IMG/VR virus record: IMGVR_UViG_2828164553_000001
Coordinates: 57,173-121,172 of that record
Direction: 5' to 3' (one strand)
Source: a virus
Lineage: Duplodnaviria; Caudoviricetes
DNA: 64,000 bases
The notes beneath the pieces are model-generated. The model was not told the DNA's origin. It saw only the letters and a list, made by a program, of their open reading frames with translations, and did not search any database. Shown piece by piece: positions 37,239 through 47,602 of the stretch. Every line of letters starts with the position of its first letter. The first letter of the stretch is position 1. A program made the position numbers and the translations under genes.

Positions 37239-37990
37239 TTCTCCGCATCCCAGGTGAAGTACTGCGACACGCCAGCCGGTTTGCTGGTGTCTTTGCTGAG
37301 CGTGCCGGTGACCGTGCCAGCGCCGTACTGCTCGCCAATCAACGCCAGCTCACCGATCACCCCGCCAGAGACCCGGTAGGCCTGGGCGCGCACCTTCTTG
37401 CCGCTGCGCGCTTCGTTGAAGCCCAGGAACAGCAGCTCGTACTCTTCGTTGGAGTTGACCAATGCCTGCAAGCGCTCGGCCGCGCCGAAGCTGTAGGTGA
37501 CCTTGATGTTGGCGGCGCCATCGACCGGGACGGCAATCTTCGAATCTGCCGGCACGTAGAGCGCGCCGTTCTTGATGTCCCAGTCCTTGCCTTTTTCGTA
37601 CACCGCATCACCGGTGACCGGCTTTACCGCAGTGATGTCGGCCGCCAAATTGGCCAGCGGGGTCACGCCATCCTTGTAAGCCACAACGGCCTCATCGGCT
37701 GCATTGCCGGCCACGATGGTCGTGGCGGTGCCGCGCAACACGTCGGCGAAGTTCTCCGCGCTGAAATCGTGCATGGTGAAGCTCACCTGCACTTCGGTGA
37801 TCCGATCGACCGAATTCCGGTTACCACCGCCGGGCTGCGTGCTGTCGAGCAGGTTGATGCGGTTGGTCTGCGGCGAAAAGCTGAAGGCCGAGCAGTTACC
37901 AACACCGCGGAACGGCTTGGCCGCGCCGCGCTTACGCAGATGCAGCTCGCCGCTACCCAGGTAGCTGTAGTCAGGGGAATTGATGGGCAT
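37235..37990 (-). CDS. Major tail tube protein
   Basis: 251 aa, 'YSYLGSG', 'VGNCS', position in the tail operon. Confidence 0.8.
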   Translation of the reverse strand: MPINSPDYSYLGSGELHLRKRGAAKPFRGVGNCSAFSFSPQTNRINLLDSTQPGGGNRNSVDRITEVQVSFTMHDFSAENFADVLRGTATTIVAGNAADEAVVAYKDGVTPLANLAADITAVKPVTGDAVYEKGKDWDIKNGALYVPADSKIAVPVDGAANIKVTYSFGAAERLQALVNSNEEYELLFLGFNEARSGKKVRAQAYRVSGGVIGELALIGEQYGAGTVTGTLSKDTSKPAGVSQYFTWDAEK

Positions 37991-38020
37991 GGGTGCTCCT
38001 CGTAGGTGCCGCGTGCGGCG

Positions 38021-38455
38021 TCAGGTAATGGGGATGTGCGTTTGGTAGGTGAGCAGCGCGCCAACCCAGCTCATGCCCGCCTCGGGCTTCACCGGCTCCA
38101 TGGACACGTACTGCGGGAACTGGATGCCCGGGGGATAGCGGAACTGCTGGTCGGCCATGGCCAGCTCGATGTCTGCCACCAGCGCGTCCAGCCGCGCCTG
38201 CGCGGTGTCCAGCGGCGCGGGCGCCTTAACCACGACCACCAACGTGGTCAGGCGATGCGTGCGCGTCAGTGCGCTCTCGCTTGCGCGCTGCTGTTTGGCC
38301 ACCAGCACGGTCAACACGGCATTGGCGTCTTCGTCGACCTGGCCCGGCTCCAGCGTCAAGCTGGCGCCGGCATCGGTCTGGTAGCCGTTCGCTACGCTGA
38401 TGCGCTGCAGGCAGCTGCCCACCGCAGCGCGCAGGTGTTCGCGCGGGCTAGCCAT
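38021..38455 (-). CDS. Tail terminator protein
   Basis: 'LQRISVANGYQTDAG', position. Confidence 0.7.
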   Translation of the reverse strand: MASPREHLRAAVGSCLQRISVANGYQTDAGASLTLEPGQVDEDANAVLTVLVAKQQRASESALTRTHRLTTLVVVVKAPAPLDTAQARLDALVADIELAMADQQFRYPPGIQFPQYVSMEPVKPEAGMSWVGALLTYQTHIPIT

Positions 38456-38771
38456 GGTCGGCCACCCACTGGCTGACGGATTCGTCCTCGCGCACCCGCT
38501 CTGCCAGCACCAGGGTCTCGTCATCCAGCAGCACCCGCCCACGTTTGGCCGGCTGCACTTCGGCACGCTGCAGCGTCACAAGCGTGTAGCCAGTGCTCAC
38601 CGGTGCGAGGTCGCTACCGAAGTCGCGCACGTCGCGGTCGATCTGCACAGTGCACGGCACCGTCTCCGCAGCACCAGGCGCTTGATAGCGCGCGCCATCA
38701 GCCAAACCGACGTCGGCAAAGGCAGCAAATGCGGTCGCATCGAATGCCTGCATAAACTCGCGCTGGTTCAT
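38448..38771 (-). CDS. Head-tail joining/closure protein
   Basis: Size and position. Confidence 0.65.
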   Translation of the reverse strand: MNQREFMQAFDATAFAAFADVGLADGARYQAPGAAETVPCTVQIDRDVRDFGSDLAPVSTGYTLVTLQRAEVQPAKRGRVLLDDETLVLAERVREDESVSQWVADHG

Positions 38772-39598
38772 GCCTGCACCTTCTCAATCGCGCTGCGGAT
38801 CGCCTTGTCCAGCTCGCGGTTGAAGTAGAACGGCATCAGCTTGTCCCAGGTGCGCTGAGCCAGTCCGAAGATGTCGTAGCGCGGCGTGTAGCTGGCACGC
38901 GAGGTGAAGACGAACACGCTACGTACCGCACTGCCAAAACCGGTACCGATGCGCTCATAGATGCCCGGCGCCAACTTGCCGCGCTGGCGCTGCAGGACGA
39001 AGTAGCGACCGCCGCGGCGCACGGTGCGCTGCATCACCGCAACAGTGTTCAGGCGCGTGCGGCCCAGATATTCCGCACGGCTGCGATCGTTGCTGCGTCG
39101 CTTGGGCTGCTCGGTGTTGGCGTTTTGATAGGCATCGCGCTGCGCGCCCAGCTGCGACAGGATGGCTGTCACCTGGCCGCCGGGCACGTTGCCGTATTGG
39201 TCGGTGCGCGCACCGCGGCCAGTGACTGCAAATTGCCCGGCCGGCATCAGGCCGTTGGCCTGCAGCAGCACTTCAAAGCCTTTCTTGCGACGCTGGCCGC
39301 CTTCCACTTCCGTGCGCAAGTACTTCGACGGCGGCGTGCCCTTGAAGGCTTCATCGCGCAGGAAGATCTCCGCGAACAAGCGCTCGCGCGTCGCCTTGCG
39401 GTACATCGCCGCATTGATGGTCAGCGGCGCAGGTCGGTCGAACACGCGCGGCGCGGCGCGCTTCCAGACCTCGCGGATTTCGTAGGCGGTGGCATTGCAC
39501 GCCTGCACAATGGCGAAGGGCAGCTGCTCCCGCTCAAGCGTGGTGAACTGGCGGCCCAGCAGGTTGTCGGCGTCCACCGCGATCCGGATCTGGCTCAT
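38768..39598 (-). CDS. Neck / tail completion protein
   Basis: 'QLPFAIVQACNATA', 'FDRP', 'DQYGN', basic; position. Confidence 0.65.
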   Translation of the reverse strand: MSQIRIAVDADNLLGRQFTTLEREQLPFAIVQACNATAYEIREVWKRAAPRVFDRPAPLTINAAMYRKATRERLFAEIFLRDEAFKGTPPSKYLRTEVEGGQRRKKGFEVLLQANGLMPAGQFAVTGRGARTDQYGNVPGGQVTAILSQLGAQRDAYQNANTEQPKRRSNDRSRAEYLGRTRLNTVAVMQRTVRRGGRYFVLQRQRGKLAPGIYERIGTGFGSAVRSVFVFTSRASYTPRYDIFGLAQRTWDKLMPFYFNRELDKAIRSAIEKVQA

Positions 39599-39903
39599 CG
39601 CGCGCCCTCGCCTGCCGGCGTGCCCTGCACTTGCTCGATCTCGCCCAGGTTGGCCTCGTAGAACTCCAGGCAGCGCTTGCGGCCGCGCGAGACGTCCAGC
39701 ACCTGCTCCAGCGTGCCGTTTTTCACCCATGGGCAGCGCTGGGTCAGGCGCCGATCGATCTCCACATAGGTGCGCACCGGCACCGCGACCACGGCCGGCG
39801 CTGGCGTCACGACGATCGGGCGCGTCGGATCCGGCCGGGCGGCCTTGTTGCCACATCCAGCCAACAGCGCGGCCAGCAGCAGGGCAGTGAGCAGCGTGCG
39901 CAT
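39595..39903 (-). CDS. o-spanin (Rz1-like lipoprotein)
   Basis: Lipobox LAGC, Pro-rich, follows the i-spanin. Confidence 0.8.
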   Translation of the reverse strand: MRTLLTALLLAALLAGCGNKAARPDPTRPIVVTPAPAVVAVPVRTYVEIDRRLTQRCPWVKNGTLEQVLDVSRGRKRCLEFYEANLGEIEQVQGTPAGEGAR

Positions 39904-40403
39904 CAGTAGCCTCCCAGGCTGGGGCATGCCGCGGCCAGCGCCTGCAGTGCAGCGGTGCACTCGGCCGGGCGTTGGTCGTATTCGTGTTTGAACGCCTTGG
40001 CACTGCGATCGGCAGCGGCTTTTGCGGCTTCGGTTTTGTCGCGCAGTCCGGCGTTGCGCTCCTGCAGCAAACGTAGCTTTTCGGCCTCGGCCTGCAACTT
40101 GGCGGCAATGGTTGCCAGTGCGGCATCCTTGTCCGCGTTATTGCGTTCCAACTCGGCGCGCTTGAGCTGCGCTGCTTCCAGCGCCGCGACTTGGTCGCTC
40201 TGGCACTGCTTCACCTGACGGGTGACCACGATCACCTGCTGGCCTTTGCGGTAGGACGTGAGCGAGGCAATCGACAGCAGCGCAGCGAGCACCGCACACA
40301 CCACCTTGAGGCGGCTGCCGGGCTTACGCAGCCAGGTCAGCGCGTCAGCTGCCCAGCCAAATACAAGCGCAACGAGCGCCTTGAGGAAGGCCAGGATATT
40401 CAT
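39903..40403 (-). CDS. i-spanin (Rz-like)
   Basis: N-terminal TM, periplasmic coiled coil, C-terminal Cys. Confidence 0.75.
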   Translation of the reverse strand: MNILAFLKALVALVFGWAADALTWLRKPGSRLKVVCAVLAALLSIASLTSYRKGQQVIVVTRQVKQCQSDQVAALEAAQLKRAELERNNADKDAALATIAAKLQAEAEKLRLLQERNAGLRDKTEAAKAAADRSAKAFKHEYDQRPAECTAALQALAAACPSLGGY

Positions 40404-40678
40404 CGCTCGCTCTCCCGCCGGCGCCACGGGTAGATCAGCAGCACCGACAGGCACCCGCGTACCAGCAGCACGTACCAGGGCGCGGGTGTGTGCTGCGCCA
40501 GGTCGCGCAGAAAGATGCCCAACATGCCGACAGCCAAACCAATGAAGCAGGCACCACATAGCGCCCAGGCAGCGCGGTCGCGCGCACGCTCGCCGGCATG
40601 AAAGGTGTGCAGCAGTTGCCAAGTCGTCGCACAAAACACGGCCAGCGTGCTGACCAGGCTCACGAGATAGATGCTCAT
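40400..40678 (-). CDS. Membrane protein (holin/antiholin candidate)
   Basis: Three TM segments within the lysis cassette. Confidence 0.6.
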   Translation of the reverse strand: MSIYLVSLVSTLAVFCATTWQLLHTFHAGERARDRAAWALCGACFIGLAVGMLGIFLRDLAQHTPAPWYVLLVRGCLSVLLIYPWRRRESER

Positions 40679-41139
40679 GCAGCACCTCCGGCGCGCCCGG
40701 CCAACCGGTCGGACCACTTCTGCAGCGCGCCCAAGTAGTGCGGCAGCATCGGCTTGATGATGAAGCCGCTCAGCCCGCTCACCGCAATGCCGATGCGGTG
40801 CACCGACGGAAAGTAGTTGGCCAGCGCCACCACGATCCAGCCGGCGGCCAAGGCGAAACCCAGCACAAACAGGCCGAGCAGGCCCACGCGCAGCAGCAGT
40901 GTCAGCCACTGCACGCCCGGCCCGCCACTGGGCGCAGACACCTTGCCCACGTCGATCTCGCTGAGCAGCAGCAATCCGACCAGTGCACCCACCACCGCGG
41001 CCAGAAACCACGATTGCGGGATGCCGAGAAACAGATGCTCGCTGCCGGTGATCACCTCAGTGACCACCGCACTACCGGCGCTGGTCGCCACCAGCAGTGC
41101 GGCAGACTTGAGCACCACCGTGGCGCCGCCGTCCATCAC
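40675..41139 (-). CDS. Membrane protein (holin candidate)
   Basis: 3-4 TM segments after the endolysin candidate. Confidence 0.6.
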   Translation of the reverse strand: MMDGGATVVLKSAALLVATSAGSAVVTEVITGSEHLFLGIPQSWFLAAVVGALVGLLLLSEIDVGKVSAPSGGPGVQWLTLLLRVGLLGLFVLGFALAAGWIVVALANYFPSVHRIGIAVSGLSGFIIKPMLPHYLGALQKWSDRLAGRAGGAA

Positions 41140-41564
41140 CGGGCAATCCCCGCCAGCTCCACGCCGTCCCAGATGACCGCATCGCCCCAGAAGTTGCCGC
41201 CGTTCTCGTGCTTGGCAATCGCCTTTGCCAGCTGGAAAGCAGTTGCCGGAGCTTCCACGCTGATGCGCTGGTCAACTTCTACGCCCAGCGCCTTGGCGAC
41301 TTCGCGCACATAGGCACCGGTGTCGTTCTCCACCGGCGGCGCCCAGCGGTTGATGATCCCGCGCACCGTGCGCAGGTCGTGCTTGCGCTGGTAGGTCAGC
41401 AGTGTTTTGACAAGGGCACGAAAGCCGTATTCGGGCGTGTCGAATACGGCAAAGCGGGCCTCGCGTGCGCGTGCGGCGGCGGTGCGGTCTTCGCCCTGCC
41501 AAGCCACGCCGGTACGATCGATGTTGCCTGGATTGTTGTTGCGGACGCCGCGCGGCGGGGCCAT
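41136..41564 (-). CDS. Lysozyme-like 'NNPGNI' family protein, probable endolysin
   Basis: 'RGVRNNNPGNI', 'RWAPPVENDT', 'HENG'; heads the holin-spanin cassette. Confidence 0.7.
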   Translation of the reverse strand: MAPPRGVRNNNPGNIDRTGVAWQGEDRTAAARAREARFAVFDTPEYGFRALVKTLLTYQRKHDLRTVRGIINRWAPPVENDTGAYVREVAKALGVEVDQRISVEAPATAFQLAKAIAKHENGGNFWGDAVIWDGVELAGIAR

Positions 41565-41595
41565 GTGCTGATCCTTGGGGTCAGGTTGAAGAGAG

Positions 41596-41638
41596 CCACC
41601 ACCGCACGCGCCACCCGGGCATCTGCGTGCGGTGGTGG
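41596..41638 (-). terminator. Long hairpin between head genes and lysis cassette
   Basis: 14-bp perfect inverted repeat CCACCACCGCACGC/GCGTGCGGTGGTGG; weak U-tract. Confidence 0.5.
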
Positions 41639-41645
41639 GTAAGGC

Positions 41646-42002
41646 TTAGGCCGCCACCGGCGTGGCGGTGCCCGGCGTCAGGCGTACCAGCACCGTTGCG
41701 GCACCGTTGCCGGACGCTTCGATGGCGTAGCCGATGTTGTTGATGTCGCCGGCACCGCCGGCAGCCGAGATGGCCTGCTTGGTGTCGGTATCCCAGTTGA
41801 CCGAGGCGCCACGCGCGAACACGGCGGCCGCCAACTTGGGCAGTGCAAACACGCCTTCGACGTGCGCAGCAATCGTTTCGCCAACTGCGCCGTCGGTGAC
41901 GGCGACAGCTACCAATTTGCCGTCAGCGATCACACCGCCGCTGGTCACAGCGGTGGTCAAGGTCACGTCCAGCACGCGGCCGTCCTGATATGCGTTTTTC
42001 AT
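41646..42002 (-). CDS. Capsid decoration/cement protein (DUF2190-like)
   Basis: 'MKNAYQDG', 'VEGVFALPK'; follows the capsid gene. Confidence 0.8.
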   Translation of the reverse strand: MKNAYQDGRVLDVTLTTAVTSGGVIADGKLVAVAVTDGAVGETIAAHVEGVFALPKLAAAVFARGASVNWDTDTKQAISAAGGAGDINNIGYAIEASGNGAATVLVRLTPGTATPVAA

Positions 42003-42058
42003 GGGGAGTACTCCAGATGCGAAGAGACGCCGCACCGCGGCGCGGCGCGGCAGGCGGC

Positions 42059-44266
42059 TTACTGGCCGGGGTTCTTGTAGATGCCGCGGTAGTCGGCGAT
42101 GGCCGGCGCCGCGTCCATGCGCACCTTCCAGGCCACACCGTCCACGGTGAATCCTTCGTGCTGCTCCAGATACGGCGTCTGGTTGCCGTCCAGGTAGCCC
42201 ACCACCAGCGCATCCACATAGGCCGAATTGGCCAGGCCGTACCACGCCTTCGGGTCTGCCCCATCCAGGCGGCCGTCGCTCTCCACCTCAAAGGTGTTGC
42301 GCACGATGTTGGGTGTGGTCTGGTTATTGGCCCCGCCTACCGCGTACTCGGCAGCGCGCACGGTGAGCGCCGCGCCCGAAAGCGCCACCGGCGTCAGCAG
42401 CGTTTTCATCGGCACGCGGATGACGTTGCCGTCCGCATCCTTCTGCAGCGCCATCCGCGCCTGCATGGCGCTGACGCTCTCGGTGGTGATGGTCGCGGCC
42501 GGCAGCAGGTTGCCGTGGTCGGCATGGAACAGCGTCTTGCCATCGGCAAGCCGCGGGTTCTTGGTGATCAGCTCGAACACCGCCTTGGCCAGCGTGCGCT
42601 TGGCGGCCTGGCCCATCTTGCGTGGCACATCGCTGAAGATGCCCAGATCGTCATTGATGATGGCCTGGCGGGTGATCGTGAACAGTCGGCCCCAGGTGAC
42701 GATCTGCATCGACTGCGATTGCTCGCTGAAGGTGCCCTGCTTGTACTCACCGCCCTCCCGCACCGGCAGTAGATCCGAGAAGGCACCCAGGCCCACCAGG
42801 TTGGTCGGCTTGAAGTCCGGCACGCTCACCGCGCGGGTGAACTCGCTGAAGCGCTCTTCCACTTCCTGGTAGCCCTGCAACACCGAGCGGCGCGCGGCAT
42901 CGCCCAGCAGCGCAGGGAAGTCCGAGGTGGAATAGGTGAACGCCATGCCCACGATCTCGCGCCGGTCCATGCCGCGCGGATTGACGCCAGCCTGCACCAA
43001 GCACTCGCGCGCCATCTCGGCGAGCGAGTGGCCGCGGTATGGGTTGTCACCGGTGGCCTGGGCCAGGCCCACGCGGGCCTCGATTGCGTTGGTCATCGCT
43101 GCGCGCACGTTGTCGCGCTGGTCGCCGCCAGCGACAACTCCAGCGCGACCATTGAGCGGCTCGCCGTTGCGGCCCATCAGCGCCAGGATGTGGCGGCCCA
43201 CGTTGTCGGGGGTCACCGCAGGGTCGGCAGCGGCGATGACACCGTCCACATAAGCGCGGATCTCCGCGTTGCCCATGTGCGGCTCGGCCATCGCCATGAT
43301 GTCCGCGTTGCGGCCGCGCATCGCGACCAGAGCCGCTTGCACGGCGGCCGCGGCGTCTGGCGCAGCAGCGACAACCGGCGCCGGAGCGGGCGCAGGCGGC
43401 GTAGCCGTGGTGGTGGAAGCACCCTGCCCGCCACCGGCGTTGGCGAGGATGCGAAGGTAGGTTTGTTGGGTCATAGGATCCTCGATGTGGCCAACGACGG
43501 CCGTTTGGGTGACCTCGGGAAGTGAGGCAAAAACGCTGGGGCTGAGCGCAGCGGCGATATGGCCGCGCAGCTGCGCGGCGACCGGCGCCGGCGCTTGGGT
43601 GATGGCCTGCAGGTAGCCGGTCAGCGCGACGACAGATGCGGCCTCGGCGCGGGCGGTGGCGGCGGTGTCCGCCACGCGGTCGGCAAAGCCGAACTCCACC
43701 GCCTGCAAGCCGGTGTACCAATGGTCGGCGCCATCGGTGAGCAGCTCCTCCACCTCGGCACGCTTGCCGGTCTTGGTGGCGTACGCCTCCAACATTGCAC
43801 CGGCATGTGCATCCAGCGCGGTCGCGTATTGGCGGAAAGAGGACGCGTTGCCGGCAGCAACCGTGTGCGGCGCATGCACCATCAGCAGCGAGCTGGCGTA
43901 CATCACCAGCTCATCGCCGGCCATGGCGATCAGCGAGGCAATTGACGCGGCCTGGCCGTCCACGAACACCACCTTGCGCGCGGCGTGCTGCTTGAGCGCG
44001 TTGTAGATGGCCATGCCGTCGGCCACCACGCCGCCACCGCTGTTGATGCGCACGTGGATCGTGCCGGCGGTGATCTGGCCGATCTGTTCGGCCAGCTGCA
44101 GCGGAGAGACAGATTCAGACCACAGGCTGTCGCCAATGGTCCCGTAGATCATGACCTCGGCCACGTCGGTGGCCCGGGCTTCGATCTTGAGCAGGCACGG
44201 GCCGAGCGCCTGGCCGGCATCGGCAAGCACGCGGCCCGACGCCGCGGTCACTGCGTGGGTTCGCAT
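42059..44266 (-). CDS. ClpP-type prohead protease-major capsid fusion
   Basis: 'INSGGG', 'AASIASLIAMAG', 'MVHAP'; then 'STSDFPALL', 'ITRQAIINDDLG'. Confidence 0.92.
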   Translation of the reverse strand: MRTHAVTAASGRVLADAGQALGPCLLKIEARATDVAEVMIYGTIGDSLWSESVSPLQLAEQIGQITAGTIHVRINSGGGVVADGMAIYNALKQHAARKVVFVDGQAASIASLIAMAGDELVMYASSLLMVHAPHTVAAGNASSFRQYATALDAHAGAMLEAYATKTGKRAEVEELLTDGADHWYTGLQAVEFGFADRVADTAATARAEAASVVALTGYLQAITQAPAPVAAQLRGHIAAALSPSVFASLPEVTQTAVVGHIEDPMTQQTYLRILANAGGGQGASTTTATPPAPAPAPVVAAAPDAAAAVQAALVAMRGRNADIMAMAEPHMGNAEIRAYVDGVIAAADPAVTPDNVGRHILALMGRNGEPLNGRAGVVAGGDQRDNVRAAMTNAIEARVGLAQATGDNPYRGHSLAEMARECLVQAGVNPRGMDRREIVGMAFTYSTSDFPALLGDAARRSVLQGYQEVEERFSEFTRAVSVPDFKPTNLVGLGAFSDLLPVREGGEYKQGTFSEQSQSMQIVTWGRLFTITRQAIINDDLGIFSDVPRKMGQAAKRTLAKAVFELITKNPRLADGKTLFHADHGNLLPAATITTESVSAMQARMALQKDADGNVIRVPMKTLLTPVALSGAALTVRAAEYAVGGANNQTTPNIVRNTFEVESDGRLDGADPKAWYGLANSAYVDALVVGYLDGNQTPYLEQHEGFTVDGVAWKVRMDAAPAIADYRGIYKNPGQ

Positions 44267-44268
44267 AG

Positions 44269-45825
44269 TCAGATGTCCCTCAACATGTCGCGCGAAAGCT
44301 CGGCGCGCAGCTGCGCGCGGGCTTTCGCGGGTGCCGGCGCTGCCGGCTGCAATTGCTGCTGCTGTTGCTGCCAGTCCTGGCGCTGGCGCAGCACTTCATC
44401 GGGGTTGTTGCCGTACTGCAGCGTGTTCTGCTGCGGGCTCACCCAGCCGCGGTCCTCGGCCTCGCCCTTGGCGTAGGCTTCTTTGAGCGGGTCGATCCAC
44501 GGCATGATTGGCCGCACATACGTCGACGCCGCCAAGTGCCGCAATGTCCAGCCACGCGGCATGCGCACCTTGCCGGACAGTACCGCCGCCTCGATAAAGC
44601 GCTGGCGCGTTGGCCGCACGAACAGCGCAATGAAGCGCTCCGCCAGCATCAGGTAGCTGCCCCACTTTTCCACCAGCTCCTGACGCTGCGCGGAGTACGT
44701 GCCGTTGTAGTCCAGCGACAGGCTGGAGTAGCTCACGCCGATGCCGCCGGCGGCTGCGCGCAGCTGCTCCTTGCGCCAAGTCGCGGCATTGGGGTTCGGG
44801 CGGTCAGTGCCCAGGCTCTCGATCGATTCGCCCGGCAGCAGGTCGTCAAAGATGGCACCGGGCGCCATGCGCAGTTCGCGCACCGGCATACCCTGCTGCA
44901 TCAGCGCCACGCCGCCTAAGCCTTCGCCCGCTGGCTGGTACAGCTCGCCCGAGCCTTTCTTGATCTGGAACGTCATCGACGCCGCCACCTTGGCCGCGAT
45001 GCGCTCGGACTCTTCGTAATCCTTCACGTCTTCAAAGCGCGACATCGCACTGGCGAAGACGCTCAGGCCGCGCACCTGGTGCAGGCGCTTGAGGTTGGCG
45101 ATGCAGTGCATCACCTCGGCGCTCACGCGCTTGGTGTCGGTGGTCCAGCCCAGCTGGTCGCCGGGGTGCTGCTTGTACACGTGGTAGGCCACCGGGCGAC
45201 CCCACGCGTTACGCTCCACGCCCTGCAGGATGTTGCGGGCCGGGTCGTTGAAGTCCAACGGCACCAAGTCAGCCTCTAGCATCTCGATGCTGTAAGGCAC
45301 GCCTCCGCCATGCTCCAGGTATGGCACAGCGCCGCTCAGGTCCTGATAAAAAGCCTCTCCATCACGTAGCCAGCTGCGTGCCAGCAACTGCTGGCACGCG
45401 CCGTAGTCGTGGGCCCGGGTGACTTCGGGCGCGTCCCACCACACATCCCATAGCTCATCCAGCTGCAGGGCGAGATCGCGGTTGATCGGCTGACCCGGCA
45501 GCCGCGGTGCAGAAAGCACGTCGATGCCGGAGCCCACCGTGTTCTGCACCAACACGTTGAGCGCGTTGTCGGCCAGGTCTAGATCGCGCTCAAGGTGACG
45601 CGCCTGATCACGCAGCTAACGGGAGTCCATGCCGGCAATGGCGTTGCCACTACCCCAGTCACGGGCCAGCTTGCGGCTGCGCGACGGGCGGGTGACCTCA
45701 TGGGCACGCGCCATCACACGCAGCTGCTGCTCGCGCATTGCCGTGCGCGCTTCGATAGCGCGCACGCTACGGTCAGTATGGATCGCGACGCCGAGGCGGT
45801 CGCGGGCGATGAGTGCGGAGGCCAT
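44269..45825 (-). pseudogene. Lambda-type portal protein with in-frame TAG at 45616-45618
   Basis: Upstream 69-aa ORF and downstream 428-aa ORF are in the same frame: DSR*LRDQARHLERD; motifs 'QVRGLS', 'WIDPLKE'. Confidence 0.88.
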
Positions 45826-46040
45826 CAGGTGCGGCCACCGAAATCAGCCGTTGCCCAGCGAGCGCGACGACCTGCACCAGCCTCTCGATCTACGGCGGCC
45901 TGCCACTCCTGGCGACCCTTACGGATCTCTGCCAGATCCGCGCGGGTAAGCACGCGCTCACCGAAACGAACGCTCTGCCCTTGCAGCACGGCAATTTCTG
46001 CCTGCTGGTATATGGTGAGCATTTCCTGAGCCGTCTTCAT
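45825..46040 (-). CDS. Head-tail joining protein (gpW-like)
   Basis: 'AEIAVLQGQS..LTRADLAEIRKGR'. Confidence 0.8.
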   Translation of the reverse strand: MKTAQEMLTIYQQAEIAVLQGQSVRFGERVLTRADLAEIRKGRQEWQAAVDREAGAGRRARWATADFGGRT

Positions 46041-46174
46041 GACGAGTCAGGCTAACCGCACTAATGTCTTAAACCCAATAAACTTGCGGACAAAGGGTCG
46101 TCCAGACCATTGATTTTCAAGTAACTTTCCAAATACATGTCGCCAAAATTATTGGAAAATGAGATAGCAATGGA

Positions 46175-47602
46175 TTAGAGCGTGTCCAATTTATCCATAT
46201 TCATGGCCGACCAGAAGGTTCGGTCGAATGAGTTAAACCAATACCATCCATTGACGCCCATGCGGTTATGACCATCCTTTACTCGCGCGCGCAATTCGTC
46301 AGCGTTAGAAACGCCTGTTATCTGGGCAAGCTTAACAAAATCCCGATGCTTTGTTGCCCGAAGAAAGAATTCAGGAATCTCATGCATTGGAAGATAGAAC
46401 AGAGTCTGCGGAAACCAATATCCAGGATTCAGCATAACCATCAACAGGATTAGAATCTCCGCTTGCATTACATCTTTGAAAGGTATGTCAGACCTATCTG
46501 CCTGCCTCTTTATCAGCTCCGCTGCAGGTGCCTTCAACGATCTACCTGCCGGCGCAAGTATTTGCAACAAATCCGAATGACCATGAAATGCATTAATCCC
46601 GCTAAATTCTTTTCCTCCGCTCATAGAAGGCTGTAAATAATACCCTGTTAGCACGGCATTTAAGGTGGAATATGCCTCATTTCTTAAAAGAGCCGCAACT
46701 ATATAGATAAATGTTTCATATACAAATACAGCATGAGCATCGAACCAGTTATCGCTAAAAGAACTGATTTCCTTAGGCCTAGATTTCAATTCCAGAAGTT
46801 TTTCCAGCACTGAAATGAGGCTATCTGCGAAAACTGGAGAATCTCCTTCAGACTCTAGGAGCACCCAGTCGACAAGATGATCTCTAACGACCTTAAGTTT
46901 TCCACAAGTATCTAGTGTTTTCTGTGGCAGCTCATCGGTCGAAGGGACAGAGCGAGTCCGAAAAGAGTCGACATAACTGTAGCAGGCATCCAAAAATTCT
47001 CGACGATACCCTTTTACTCCAGCTTTTCCCAGATGAACCGCTTGCTTAAGTGCTACCAGTTTAACCAAAGCAGGGCTTGCAGGAACTGTGTGATCAGCTG
47101 CCAGATAAGCCGGAGCTTTTCCGAGCGCAGGCTTCTTGTGTAACGGCTGCCCATGAAGAACTCGGATCAAACTTTCCCAATTTTCATTTGCTGACTCAGC
47201 AGTGGAAAAATCGATCCAAATTCTGGACTCGAAGAAAACGGGGAGCAGAGGCTCTCCACGATCATCCTTTTCGCAGACAACAGGTATAAATTTCGATTGC
47301 TTCACACGCGCGTACACTTCGCGCGAAATGATCTGCGATTCAGTACCAACACCAGAAACCTTATCATTAGCTTTTCGGGCGTACTCTCGGTCCGTAAAAA
47401 CCAAAACATGCGTAACTGTCGAGTCGACGACCATTGACTCCATAAATGCATATTTGTCATCGCCTGTTTCCAGATCCCACTGATCGAGAACTACATCAAT
47501 GCCATCACTGACAAGTTGCTCTGCCCATACACGTACCTGCTCGCGATGGCTTGGCGAACTCCAGCTATATGAAATAAAAACTCTAGGCTGAGCAATATCC
47601 AC
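46175..47602 (-). CDS. SEFIR/TIR-domain protein, bacterial SEFIR-type antiphage candidate
   Basis: 'RVFISYSW', 'GIDVVLDQWDL..GDDKYAFME', 'GVGTESQIIS', 'KFIPVV'; AT-rich insertion. Confidence 0.85.
   Translation of the reverse strand: MDIAQPRVFISYSWSSPSHREQVRVWAEQLVSDGIDVVLDQWDLETGDDKYAFMESMVVDSTVTHVLVFTDREYARKANDKVSGVGTESQIISREVYARVKQSKFIPVVCEKDDRGEPLLPVFFESRIWIDFSTAESANENWESLIRVLHGQPLHKKPALGKAPAYLAADHTVPASPALVKLVALKQAVHLGKAGVKGYRREFLDACYSYVDSFRTRSVPSTDELPQKTLDTCGKLKVVRDHLVDWVLLESEGDSPVFADSLISVLEKLLELKSRPKEISSFSDNWFDAHAVFVYETFIYIVAALLRNEAYSTLNAVLTGYYLQPSMSGGKEFSGINAFHGHSDLLQILAPAGRSLKAPAAELIKRQADRSDIPFKDVMQAEILILLMVMLNPGYWFPQTLFYLPMHEIPEFFLRATKHRDFVKLAQITGVSNADELRARVKDGHNRMGVNGWYWFNSFDRTFWSAMNMDKLDTL

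Noticed and set aside
45616-45618. Genome-wide TAG recoding in prophage 2
   Set aside because: Only one in-frame TAG was found; TerL, cI and the GT chaperone end normally at TAG; no suppressor tRNA is in the window.
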